From assembly GCA_026004395.1 (NCBI GenBank), contig BPJB01000001.1, positions 649,226-713,225 on the forward strand: a stretch of DNA of 64,000 nucleotides, read 5' to 3'. Both the position numbers and the translations under genes were made by a program. The DNA comes from Patescibacteria group bacterium (GTDB lineage: Bacteria > Patescibacteriota > Microgenomatia > Levybacterales > UBA12049). Shown in pieces: positions 19,466-27,966 of this stretch (positions within the stretch are counted from its first letter, which is position 1; each line of letters starts with the position of its first letter). The notes beneath the pieces are model-generated. The model was not told the DNA's origin. It saw only the letters and a program-made list of their open reading frames with translations, and searched no databases.

Positions 19466-20245
19466 TTAAGTACGCTGCCTCACATAAAGTACATCTTCAT
19501 TCACAATTAATTCTTTAAGACCACAATATCTTAAAGCAGTATTTATCTCATCAACTGTCACATTACCTGCACGGTGAAGTCGTGGCTTCTCTCCTGTAAG
19601 ATCTATTATTGATGTAGATTTTCCTCGAGATTCATCAAGATGACTAAAATCTCCAAGTACTATTCCATCTACAAGATACTGAAATTCTGCCCAAACTTCC
19701 TGCATGTATCTATGCGTTGCTTGACCACTTCTATTGGCTGATGTCCCAACAAGTGCAGTTTTGTTATAAGACTCTCTAAGTTCATTAATAATATATCTTA
19801 TGGCAGGATACTCTGTCCAAATTGAAAGGATTGTTTTCTTCTCTCCATTATGAGAGACTACATAATCGGGTATCTCATCACGAGAGGGAAGTATAACACC
19901 AAGTGCATGTAGACGTTGTTGAAGTGTTATGACATGTTCATGAGTAACTTCATTCTTAAGTTGTGAGAAATCCGCAAGCTCATCAAGATTTTCTGGAGCA
20001 CTCACTGCTACTAGTTTTTTATCCTGAGGCCTATTTTTGACTTTAACTATGCGCTCAGCGGCTTGAGCATTGTACAGATCTCCAAATATTCCGTAAATTC
20101 CATTGAATGCCACAACAGCTATACCACCATTATTTATAATCTTTGCAGCTTTGGATAAATGATCTGACTTATATATTGTAAGCAGTTCTGCTTGAGTTTG
20201 CTGCAGATTATTTTCTCTGTGATTGGATATTCTTTGCTCAACCAT
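19466..20245 (-). CDS. Sua5/YrdC/TsaC-family protein (atypical)
   Basis: KNRPQDK, GTSANRSG, STSIIDL, RAG motifs; PTETVYG replaced by AFNGIYG. Confidence 0.8.
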   Translation of the reverse strand: MVEQRISNHRENNLQQTQAELLTIYKSDHLSKAAKIINNGGIAVVAFNGIYGIFGDLYNAQAAERIVKVKNRPQDKKLVAVSAPENLDELADFSQLKNEVTHEHVITLQQRLHALGVILPSRDEIPDYVVSHNGEKKTILSIWTEYPAIRYIINELRESYNKTALVGTSANRSGQATHRYMQEVWAEFQYLVDGIVLGDFSHLDESRGKSTSIIDLTGEKPRLHRAGNVTVDEINTALRYCGLKELIVNEDVLYVRQRT

Positions 20246-20578
20246 AAATAAATTATAATATATTAAAAACTTTAAATCAAACTATAGGATATCTATATCA
20301 CTTTCTTTAACAATATCTTTTAGATAGCCTTCTTACTCTTAATAGATTTTTATACTAATAACAGTAGAGTATTATAAAAAGACTCGCAATATATGTTATC
20401 GTGTCCAGGACATACTATACACTTTATGCGGTCTGGGTATGAGGAGTATAGTATATCTAAATAAATACTTTAATGACTTTTGTTAAAAAACTACATTTAT
20501 CTGGATACTGAAGAATTTTAAAATCTTAATCATGTGATCGTAGATTATTTAGGAAACAGTGAACACTGACTTTAAATC

Positions 20579-21115
20579 TTATGGAACATATACATATCCA
20601 TTCATCTCTTTGCCATCACATGTATAAGTGGTAAGTTCTCCTTTTTTGAATTTAGAAAGAGGTATAATTGTTGTGATATCTGGTTTGAGAGTATATGTCT
20701 CCTGTTGTCCAAAAGAGATAACATGTTCTGTAGTATCCTCATTGATAATTTTTACTTGATCTACTCCTACAATTTTTGCCACTGTTGGCACTGTCTCACA
20801 ATCCTTCTCAATAAAGATAATTGCTGTTTCTTGTGCATTATCTTTAAGAAGTGTCTCTTGTTTTTGTCTATCCTCAAGAGTAGTATCTGACGGCAATTTC
20901 TTTAACAATTCTTCTTTCTGAATGCGTGGTCTTTGTCCGTCAGCTTTAGGTGGAGAGGACACTCTGGATCGTTTCTGATCTACATTCAATGCAGATGTTC
21001 TCTCTTCTAGATTTTTGTTTGGTTTGTTCTTAGATAAAAGGTACGCAAACAAAAGACTATTAAGTAGCAAAAGAAAAATAAATACAACCAAAAGTTGATA
21101 TGTTTTAAATTGCAT
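20579..21115 (-). CDS. Membrane-anchored hypothetical protein with possible cupredoxin-like C-terminal domain
   Basis: TM after MQFKTYQ (TATAAT 6 nt upstream supports start 21115); beta-rich tail VKIINED..EHVISF..G..TYTC..G.V.V. Confidence 0.6.
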   Translation of the reverse strand: MQFKTYQLLVVFIFLLLLNSLLFAYLLSKNKPNKNLEERTSALNVDQKRSRVSSPPKADGQRPRIQKEELLKKLPSDTTLEDRQKQETLLKDNAQETAIIFIEKDCETVPTVAKIVGVDQVKIINEDTTEHVISFGQQETYTLKPDITTIIPLSKFKKGELTTYTCDGKEMNGYVYVP

Positions 21116-21237
21116 ATAATAATTATAACAAACAAACTTGGCATAAACCTTTGCAAAAATTTTATAATGCAAATACCTAAAAATCATAGAAGTTGTAAAA
21201 ATAAATCTTTGTACTATCCAATTGTTTTTGATGAACT

Positions 21238-21311
21238 TCATTTTGAAGGATAGGTGACTGAGAAATCTTCTAGAGATTTTTTCAGAATTCTCTCATTCCG
21301 TTGAGATGACA
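21238..21311. repeat. Degenerate palindromic REP-like element
   Basis: TCATTTTGA..CTGAGAAATCT-loop-AGATTTTTTCAG..TTGAGATGAC nested inverted repeat, resembling GTCATTCTGA..GAATCT..AGATTCT..CAGAATGAC intergenic repeats. Confidence 0.45.
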
Positions 21312-21441
21312 AAAAGGAAGGAACATAAATAGAAAGAGTAAAAATGATAAGAAAGGGTTTTAGACGATAATCTTACTGATAAAAATGAATACTTTTAATT
21401 TTTTTGTTGACTTTATTGAAACGATCTGTTAAAGATTAAGT

Positions 21442-21864
21442 ATGCAATCAAATGAAGATAATACAATTCAGGGTAGGACAGTACAGGGGACATCCGCAAA
21501 CCGTAAAATTCTTATTATTGATGATGATCTCTATATCCGTGATCTCTATGAAGAAGTATTAAGAGATGATGGTTTTAATGTTGAAACAGCTGTAGATGGT
21601 GAAGAGGGACTGATGAAACTCCAAAAAGGAGGATATGATCTTGTACTTCTTGATGTAATGATGCCCAAACGAGATGGATTAGGAGTGTTAACAGAGCTTG
21701 CACTTCATCCACCTCAAACACCAAACGGACCAATCATCGTTCTAACCAATCTTGGACATGATCCTATTATTAAGGAAGCTATGAGCAAAGGAGCAGCATC
21801 GTATCTAAATAAAGCTGATATGACACCTGATCAGCTATTGGCGAATATCAAGAAGTTTCTTTAG
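21442..21864 (+). CDS. Stand-alone (CheY-like) response regulator
   Basis: ILIIDDD, DLVLLDVMMP..DG, VLTN, GA.SYL.K; no output domain. Confidence 0.93.
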   Translation: MQSNEDNTIQGRTVQGTSANRKILIIDDDLYIRDLYEEVLRDDGFNVETAVDGEEGLMKLQKGGYDLVLLDVMMPKRDGLGVLTELALHPPQTPNGPIIVLTNLGHDPIIKEAMSKGAASYLNKADMTPDQLLANIKKFL

Positions 21865-22627
21865 ATATATTTTTTGTAGTCCGCAACACTGTTCTCCCTG
21901 TTGTTTCTAGTTCAAACGTATCAAGAATATGAAGTGCTTTTTCACTTGAGTTGACAATCCTTTCCCTATATTTCTCTCGCTCTTTTTTAGATGAAAGATT
22001 CGGATAATATAAAGCTAGTTGTTTAATATCATTAATTGGCTCCCTAAGTTCAGCACCAATCTTGGTTATTCTATTTGCCAAAAGTTCATCAACTTTTGAT
22101 TTATACTCTTTTTTCTCATGTTCCAAAATTAAGATTTTTTTCTCTTTTTCTTTTAATTTGAGATATACATGACTTAAAAAATAAGACAAGGGAATAATCA
22201 AAAGAAGAGAAAAAACTGTGACAAAATCAAAGCGGCTATGAATGTTAGAAAAATTGGGAAGAAGTATGGCAATTAAAACAAGGACAAATGAAAAAGTAAC
22301 AGATGTGCTAAAAAGAAAGGCAACAGAGATTGCTACAATATATAAAAGGTAGAAGAAAGGAGATAGAAACCAACCAGTATTACCAACCCAAAGTAATATT
22401 GCTGTGATAAATGTAAAGAGAAGAATTTTTAGTAATTTACCATTGAGCTTCCAGTTATGATCATCTCCTTTATAAAGACTAACAATGTAAAGTGCGCTAA
22501 AAAATACAAGACAAAGTATTAGTGCATATACTGAATAATCTTTTGTTATAGGATTAATCGTAAAAAGATATACGACAAGCGTCAAAAGAGCTAAAATAAG
22601 TCCTTCGATAATCTGCTGAAATTTCAT
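21848..22627 (-). CDS. Multi-TM protein with degenerate HisKA-like C-terminus (pseudokinase)
   Basis: About 6 TM segments, coiled coil, then IGAELREPINDIK (no His) and no HATPase; TTGACA-17-TACACT upstream supports start 22627. Confidence 0.7.
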   Translation of the reverse strand: MKFQQIIEGLILALLTLVVYLFTINPITKDYSVYALILCLVFFSALYIVSLYKGDDHNWKLNGKLLKILLFTFITAILLWVGNTGWFLSPFFYLLYIVAISVAFLFSTSVTFSFVLVLIAILLPNFSNIHSRFDFVTVFSLLLIIPLSYFLSHVYLKLKEKEKKILILEHEKKEYKSKVDELLANRITKIGAELREPINDIKQLALYYPNLSSKKEREKYRERIVNSSEKALHILDTFELETTGRTVLRTTKNISKETS

Positions 22628-22961
22628 ATAAACGAGATTAACTCCAGTGTAAGGAAGTAATCTTCCTCTGTCAACAGTTACTGCTAGTAAGTCTAAATTA
22701 AGGTAGTCATAAAAGAAGAAAAAAGAAAACTTTAACATCAAGCTAATATCTCATAGTGAGGAGTAGTCTAATTAATTAAAATTCTATCTAGCATTCAATT
22801 TGCAATGTTGTTATTATCTAGACTAATTGTCAGAATTTATAAAACAATTTTCATGTTAAAATATGTACTTCGTGCTTGTAGAGAGTGTCACTAAGATTCC
22901 ATTATTAATGGTTACTAAAATTGATAACTAGAAACAAATTAAATGATGTAAGATTTAAATT

Positions 22962-24038
22962 ATGAAAATATTGTTTCTAACTCGTTTTTTCTATCCTCAC
23001 ATAGGTGGAGTAGAGAAGCATGTTTATGAAGTTGGGAAAAGACTTTTAGAGAAAGGTCACACTGTTACTATTCTGACGGAGCAAATTCCCCTGACAAGTA
23101 TACAGGTATATCAGTCAAATGATGAAAGTGCTAAGTTAATGGACAAAACTGAAAAATTTAGAATATATTGGGTACCCGTAGGAGAGGAGAATTGGTTCAA
23201 AAAATTTCGGATCTGGAAATGGTTATGGCAAAATAGACATCTTCTCAAGGATGCTGATATAATTCACTGTCATGATGTTTTTTTCTGGTATCTTCCCTTT
23301 AAATTCCTCTATCCCAACAAAAAAGTTTTTTTAACTTTTCATGGATATGAAGGAAATACTATTCCCGGTTTGAAAGCAAAATTTTGGCACAAAATAGGTG
23401 AAATTCTCACTAATGCCAATATTTGTGTTGGCAGTTTTTATAAAAAATGGTATGGAACAAAAGCCACCAAAATCATTTATGGAGGAACAAATCTTCCATT
23501 TCAAAGGCAATATATTTCCGAGAGTATAAAAAAAGCTGTTTTCATCGGAAGACTCGAAGAGGAGACAAGTATCATGCAGTATCTCCAGGCATTGAATCTA
23601 TTAAAGAAAGAGAAGAATATAGTAAGACTTACTATACTTGGTGATGGATCATTAAGAAAAAAAGCAGAAGAATTTGTAAAGAAAAATAATCTACCAGTAA
23701 CCTTTCAAGGATTTGTTAATGATACTGAACAGTATATAACTAAATCTGATATTGTTTTTGCTTCGAGATATCTAGCTATATTGGAAGCATTCGCTCATAA
23801 GAAATATGTTATTGCTCATTATAATTCACCCATTAAAAAAGATTATTTGCAGGCAACACCTTTTGCCAAATGGATAACGATTGCTAGTAACAGTAAGGAA
23901 ATTGCTCAACAAATTAGAGAATATACAAAAAATCTTGATCAGATAAAAAAGAAAATTAACCTTGCATATGAATGGGTAGAAAACCAAAAATGGGATGATG
24001 TTGTATCTATCTACGAAAATCTTTGGAGAGGAAAGTAG
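22962..24038 (+). CDS. Glycosyltransferase family 4
   Basis: FYPHIGGVEKH, DIIHCHD, FIGRLE, ILEAFA. Confidence 0.88.
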   Translation: MKILFLTRFFYPHIGGVEKHVYEVGKRLLEKGHTVTILTEQIPLTSIQVYQSNDESAKLMDKTEKFRIYWVPVGEENWFKKFRIWKWLWQNRHLLKDADIIHCHDVFFWYLPFKFLYPNKKVFLTFHGYEGNTIPGLKAKFWHKIGEILTNANICVGSFYKKWYGTKATKIIYGGTNLPFQRQYISESIKKAVFIGRLEEETSIMQYLQALNLLKKEKNIVRLTILGDGSLRKKAEEFVKKNNLPVTFQGFVNDTEQYITKSDIVFASRYLAILEAFAHKKYVIAHYNSPIKKDYLQATPFAKWITIASNSKEIAQQIREYTKNLDQIKKKINLAYEWVENQKWDDVVSIYENLWRGK

Positions 24039-24040
24039 TC

Positions 24041-25177
24041 TTATTTTTGTGTAATTGTGTTAATAGTATTTATAATGTAATCTATCTCCTCAGATGTCAA
24101 TTTAGGATATAAAGGAATTGTTATTGTAGATGCACCAATTTTTTCAGCAATCGGAAAGTCACCTTTTTTGTATCCGTATTTCTTTTTATAGTAACTCATA
24201 AGGTGAATGGGTCTGAAGTTGACTGCTACTCCTATCATTCTCTCTTGCAGTGAACGGAGGATATTATCACGTTTTTTCGGGTCAACCCATATTGTATAAA
24301 TATGACGGGCATGCTTGGTGCTGGGAAGTACAGATGGGATTGATATAAAAGGATTTTTTTTAAATGCTTTATCGTATCGTTTAGCTATTTTTTCTTTCTT
24401 TTTTAGCAATTCTTCTATCCTGTCTAGCTGATTAAGAAGCAGAGCAGCTTGAATATTGTTCATATTGGCTTTGAATCCTAGAAATTCCATATCGTAATGT
24501 TCATATTTTTTGGTATAGCGCTCACTTGCGCTCTTAGACATGCCATGTTGTCTTGCACGAAGAAGCCAACTGTAGAAATCTTTATTATTGGTAACTACTG
24601 CTCCTCCTTCTCCTGATGTGATATTCTTGGTTGCGTAAAAACTAAAACACGCCGCATCAGAAAGTTGACCAGGTCGTATACCATCTCGAACACCCTCAAT
24701 ACAATGTGCAGCGTCTTCTATCAATTTAAGAGAGTGTTTTTTAGCAATTGCTGCTATCTTCTGCATATCGCACATTTGACCATATAAGTGAACTACTACC
24801 AACGCTTTTGTTTTTGGCGTAATGGCTTTTTCAATCTTATCTGCGTCAATATTGCCCGTTGTTGATTCAACATCAACAAATACAGGTTTGGCACCACAAT
24901 ATTCGATAACATTTGCAGTTGCTATAAAAGAAAGAGGAGTTGTAATCACCTCGTCTCCTTCTTTAACTCCTAATCCTTTTAGCGCTAAAAAAAGTGCATC
25001 TGTGCAAGAAGTGACCCCTACTGCATAACGTATGTCAAGATAGTCAGCTAATTTTTCTTCAAATTCCTTGACTATGGATCCAGTTGTCAGGAAAAGCGAG
25101 TTCAAAACCTCTACACATTCTTTAATATCAATTGAAGAAATATTGTGTCTATAAAATTCAATTTTTTTATTTCTCAT
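24041..25177 (-). CDS. DegT/DnrJ/EryC1/StrS (ArnB-like) PLP nucleotide-sugar aminotransferase
   Basis: SCTDAL, GDEVITT, VHLYGQ, IEDAAH, FSFYATKNITSGEGG. Confidence 0.93.
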   Translation of the reverse strand: MRNKKIEFYRHNISSIDIKECVEVLNSLFLTTGSIVKEFEEKLADYLDIRYAVGVTSCTDALFLALKGLGVKEGDEVITTPLSFIATANVIEYCGAKPVFVDVESTTGNIDADKIEKAITPKTKALVVVHLYGQMCDMQKIAAIAKKHSLKLIEDAAHCIEGVRDGIRPGQLSDAACFSFYATKNITSGEGGAVVTNNKDFYSWLLRARQHGMSKSASERYTKKYEHYDMEFLGFKANMNNIQAALLLNQLDRIEELLKKKEKIAKRYDKAFKKNPFISIPSVLPSTKHARHIYTIWVDPKKRDNILRSLQERMIGVAVNFRPIHLMSYYKKKYGYKKGDFPIAEKIGASTITIPLYPKLTSEEIDYIINTINTITQK

Positions 25178-25178
25178 A

Positions 25179-26204
25179 TCAAAACAAGCGATTGCGAATT
25201 TTTACTGATGACAAAATCGAGTCTGCTTCTAAAAGGTAGCGATAATACCACATTGTGTTTGTTTTGATGTCTTCTGTAATTTCTCCTTTTTCCAGAGCTT
25301 CTTTAACCTCAAGAATTCCCTCATCTACTGATACTTTGGGATGAAATGCAAGCGTTTGTTTAATCTTATCAAAACTTACCTTATAACTTCTTTGATCAGG
25401 ATCATCAGGTGTCTCCTCAATAATAAGATCTTGAAAATGGCTTTTAATTTTAGTTGCAATCTGACGAACTTGATAATTCTGTTCATTTGATCCAACGTTG
25501 AAGATCTGTTTATTAATTTTTTTAATATCCTCTTCAACCATTATTCGATGAAACGCTTCGATAACATCACTTATATGAATAAGTGGACGCCATTGTCTTC
25601 CTCCTCCCATAATAAAAATTTTATTGTTTTTCCATGCATGAAGAGTCATAATATTAATTAGAAGATCAAATCTCATTCTACGCTTAGATACACCAAAAAC
25701 TGTAGAAATTCTAGGAATAGTTACGATAAAATTATTATCCGCTAAAAGAAGTAGTTTTTTTTCCGCTGAAATTTTTGATTTGGCATATTCTGAGAGTGGC
25801 GAAGTAGGAGATTGCTCAGAGAGAGTTCCTTGCCCTGCTCCATACACACTGCATGAAGATGCAAAAATATAGCGTTTTACACCTGCTTCTTTTGCAACTC
25901 TTGCTAATTTTACCGCACCAAAATCATTAATTGATTTAGTAATCTTTGGATTTAAAGCTGCTGAAGGATCATTGGAAATTGATGCTAGATTAATAACAAC
26001 GTCAACTCCTTTTAGAAGTTCTGTATTTAAAAACCTAATATCACCTTTGATAATTTTAAGCCGTTTATTTTTTGAGAGATCCTGCAGAGTGCTGCCGAAA
26101 AAGAAGCGATCAAGAGCTACGATATAGTATCCTCTCTTAAGAAAGTCTTCTACCATCTCTGTACCGATATATCCACCTGCTCCTGCAACAAAAACAGTCT
26201 TCAT
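25179..26204 (-). CDS. NAD-dependent nucleotide-sugar epimerase/dehydratase (extended SDR)
   Basis: GAGGYIG, LASISNDP, ASSCSVYG, YAKSK, RMRFDL. Confidence 0.92.
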   Translation of the reverse strand: MKTVFVAGAGGYIGTEMVEDFLKRGYYIVALDRFFFGSTLQDLSKNKRLKIIKGDIRFLNTELLKGVDVVINLASISNDPSAALNPKITKSINDFGAVKLARVAKEAGVKRYIFASSCSVYGAGQGTLSEQSPTSPLSEYAKSKISAEKKLLLLADNNFIVTIPRISTVFGVSKRRMRFDLLINIMTLHAWKNNKIFIMGGGRQWRPLIHISDVIEAFHRIMVEEDIKKINKQIFNVGSNEQNYQVRQIATKIKSHFQDLIIEETPDDPDQRSYKVSFDKIKQTLAFHPKVSVDEGILEVKEALEKGEITEDIKTNTMWYYRYLLEADSILSSVKIRNRLF

Positions 26205-27040
26205 AAGGAAATGCTTCTTTTTCTTAAAACATAAAGTTTTTGAATTCCAAAATCTCCAGAGTTTTCTGTTTCTGAGAAAGTAGCAAAAAAATTATTTATA
26301 TCATTAATATATGTGTCTTTATCCTGTTTTGTCATTGTCAAATACCTGAGAAATCGTGATGCCACGTAATAAATACTGGAGAATTTTTTGATTTCCACTA
26401 TATCAAAATACTTTTGCAGAAATTTTTCTGTTTTTCTTTCTTCCAGATACAGATTAAAATCATGAACTGTTAATGGGGGAAGATTCGCTAACACTCGCAA
26501 TTTATTTAAATTCCTTAGGCTTCCCATAAAAGCCTCTGACATGAGGAACAAACCACCTGGTTTAAGAACTCTATGCATTTCTTTTATTGCTCTTTTTTGA
26601 AGATTCCAGGATAGAAGATTTATAATAACTCGAATCGTATAAACTTTATCAAATGTATTATCGGATTCATCAATATTAAGGATATTTCCATGATAAAATT
26701 TGATTTTTCTTTCCTTATCTTTCTCATGTTGTGCAGAGATTGCATACTTAATTGATTTTTTACTATAATCAAAAGCTCTTACTTTTATATTGCGAGCTGA
26801 TGCTATTGCAAATGTCGAATATCCATTTGAACAACCGGCATCCAAAACATAATCTCCGTCATCAATATAGTTGAGAATATTTTTTATTTCGAGTTGAATC
26901 ATATTGGCGTCTCCCCAAGATACAGAATGAGAGGTTTTGTATTTAGCAGCGTTCTTTTCCCAATATGAATGGTTGAATTTTGAACGTTGAAGATCTTTTT
27001 GTTTGAGTGTCATTTTAAGTGCTAGTTGATTTTGACCCAT
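26201..27040 (-). CDS. Class I SAM-dependent methyltransferase
   Basis: VLDAGCSNG, FDYS, FDKVYT.R, RVLKPGG. Confidence 0.9.
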   Translation of the reverse strand: MGQNQLALKMTLKQKDLQRSKFNHSYWEKNAAKYKTSHSVSWGDANMIQLEIKNILNYIDDGDYVLDAGCSNGYSTFAIASARNIKVRAFDYSKKSIKYAISAQHEKDKERKIKFYHGNILNIDESDNTFDKVYTIRVIINLLSWNLQKRAIKEMHRVLKPGGLFLMSEAFMGSLRNLNKLRVLANLPPLTVHDFNLYLEERKTEKFLQKYFDIVEIKKFSSIYYVASRFLRYLTMTKQDKDTYINDINNFFATFSETENSGDFGIQKLYVLRKRSISL

Positions 27041-27045
27041 AGTAT

Positions 27046-27966
27046 TTAAAGCTCTGATTTAATTATATAGAGTGGTCTATTTTTATTCTCAATATAAAGC
27101 CTACCCACATATTCACCAATAATAGCAAGTATTATAATTTGCATGCCTCCAAGAATTACTAGTATTGCTGCAAATATTTCTAAAGGATTTATTAAACCAT
27201 TATATGCAATTTTGCGAAAAATAATAAATACAATAAAAAGAAAATCTAATAAGAGAATAGCTCCACCTACTTTCAAAAAAAAATGCAAGGGATAAGCAGA
27301 GTATGCAAAAATTGCATCAAGAGCCAAATTTAGCTGTTGCGATAGTGTATATTTGGTCTTACCTTTATATCGTTTTCCGTGTTCAACAGGTTGGGGTGCA
27401 TGATTAAATCCTACCCAGCCAATAATACCAACTAAATACCTATTACTTTCTCTCAAACTTCTAACTTCCTGTATTACTTGTTTAGTTGCTATACGGAAAA
27501 TTGTCGAGTTAATGACTATTTTTTCTTTAATTAAACGACGCATCAATACATTGAAGAGGTATGATGAAAACCTTTTGAAAAAACCAAATTTTTTATTTTT
27601 TCTTATTGCGTATACTACGTCATATCCTTCTTGGAGTTTTTTATACAATTTTATAATCTCTTCTGGCTGATCCTGAAGATCTCCATCCATCATTACGATG
27701 ATATCTCCTGTTGTTTTATCTAATCCAGCTGAAATAGCAATCTGATGACCAAAATTACGAGATAATTGGATAACTTTTACACTAGGATCTTTTTTGTGAA
27801 GCTTCTTAAGTTCATTAAAAGTGTTATCCGTACTACCATCATCAATAAAAATAATTTCTCTTTGAAATTTGGGAAAATCTTTTTTGAGAGCTTTATCAAT
27901 TCTGGAATATAATACTGTTATAACTTCAGATTCATTAAAAACAGGAATTACAAGAGATATTTTCAT
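27046..27966 (-). CDS. Polyprenol-phosphate glycosyltransferase GT2 (ArnC/GtrB-like)
   Basis: VIPVFNE, DDGSTD, LSRNFGHQ, MDGDLQD.PE, two C-terminal TMs, GEYVGR..RPLYII. Confidence 0.92.
   Translation of the reverse strand: MKISLVIPVFNESEVITVLYSRIDKALKKDFPKFQREIIFIDDGSTDNTFNELKKLHKKDPSVKVIQLSRNFGHQIAISAGLDKTTGDIIVMMDGDLQDQPEEIIKLYKKLQEGYDVVYAIRKNKKFGFFKRFSSYLFNVLMRRLIKEKIVINSTIFRIATKQVIQEVRSLRESNRYLVGIIGWVGFNHAPQPVEHGKRYKGKTKYTLSQQLNLALDAIFAYSAYPLHFFLKVGGAILLLDFLFIVFIIFRKIAYNGLINPLEIFAAILVILGGMQIIILAIIGEYVGRLYIENKNRPLYIIKSEL

Noticed and set aside
20408-20458. SRP or 6S RNA
   Set aside because: No SRP domain IV GNRA/AGCAG motif, and too short for a 6S rod; retained only as an unassigned hairpin.
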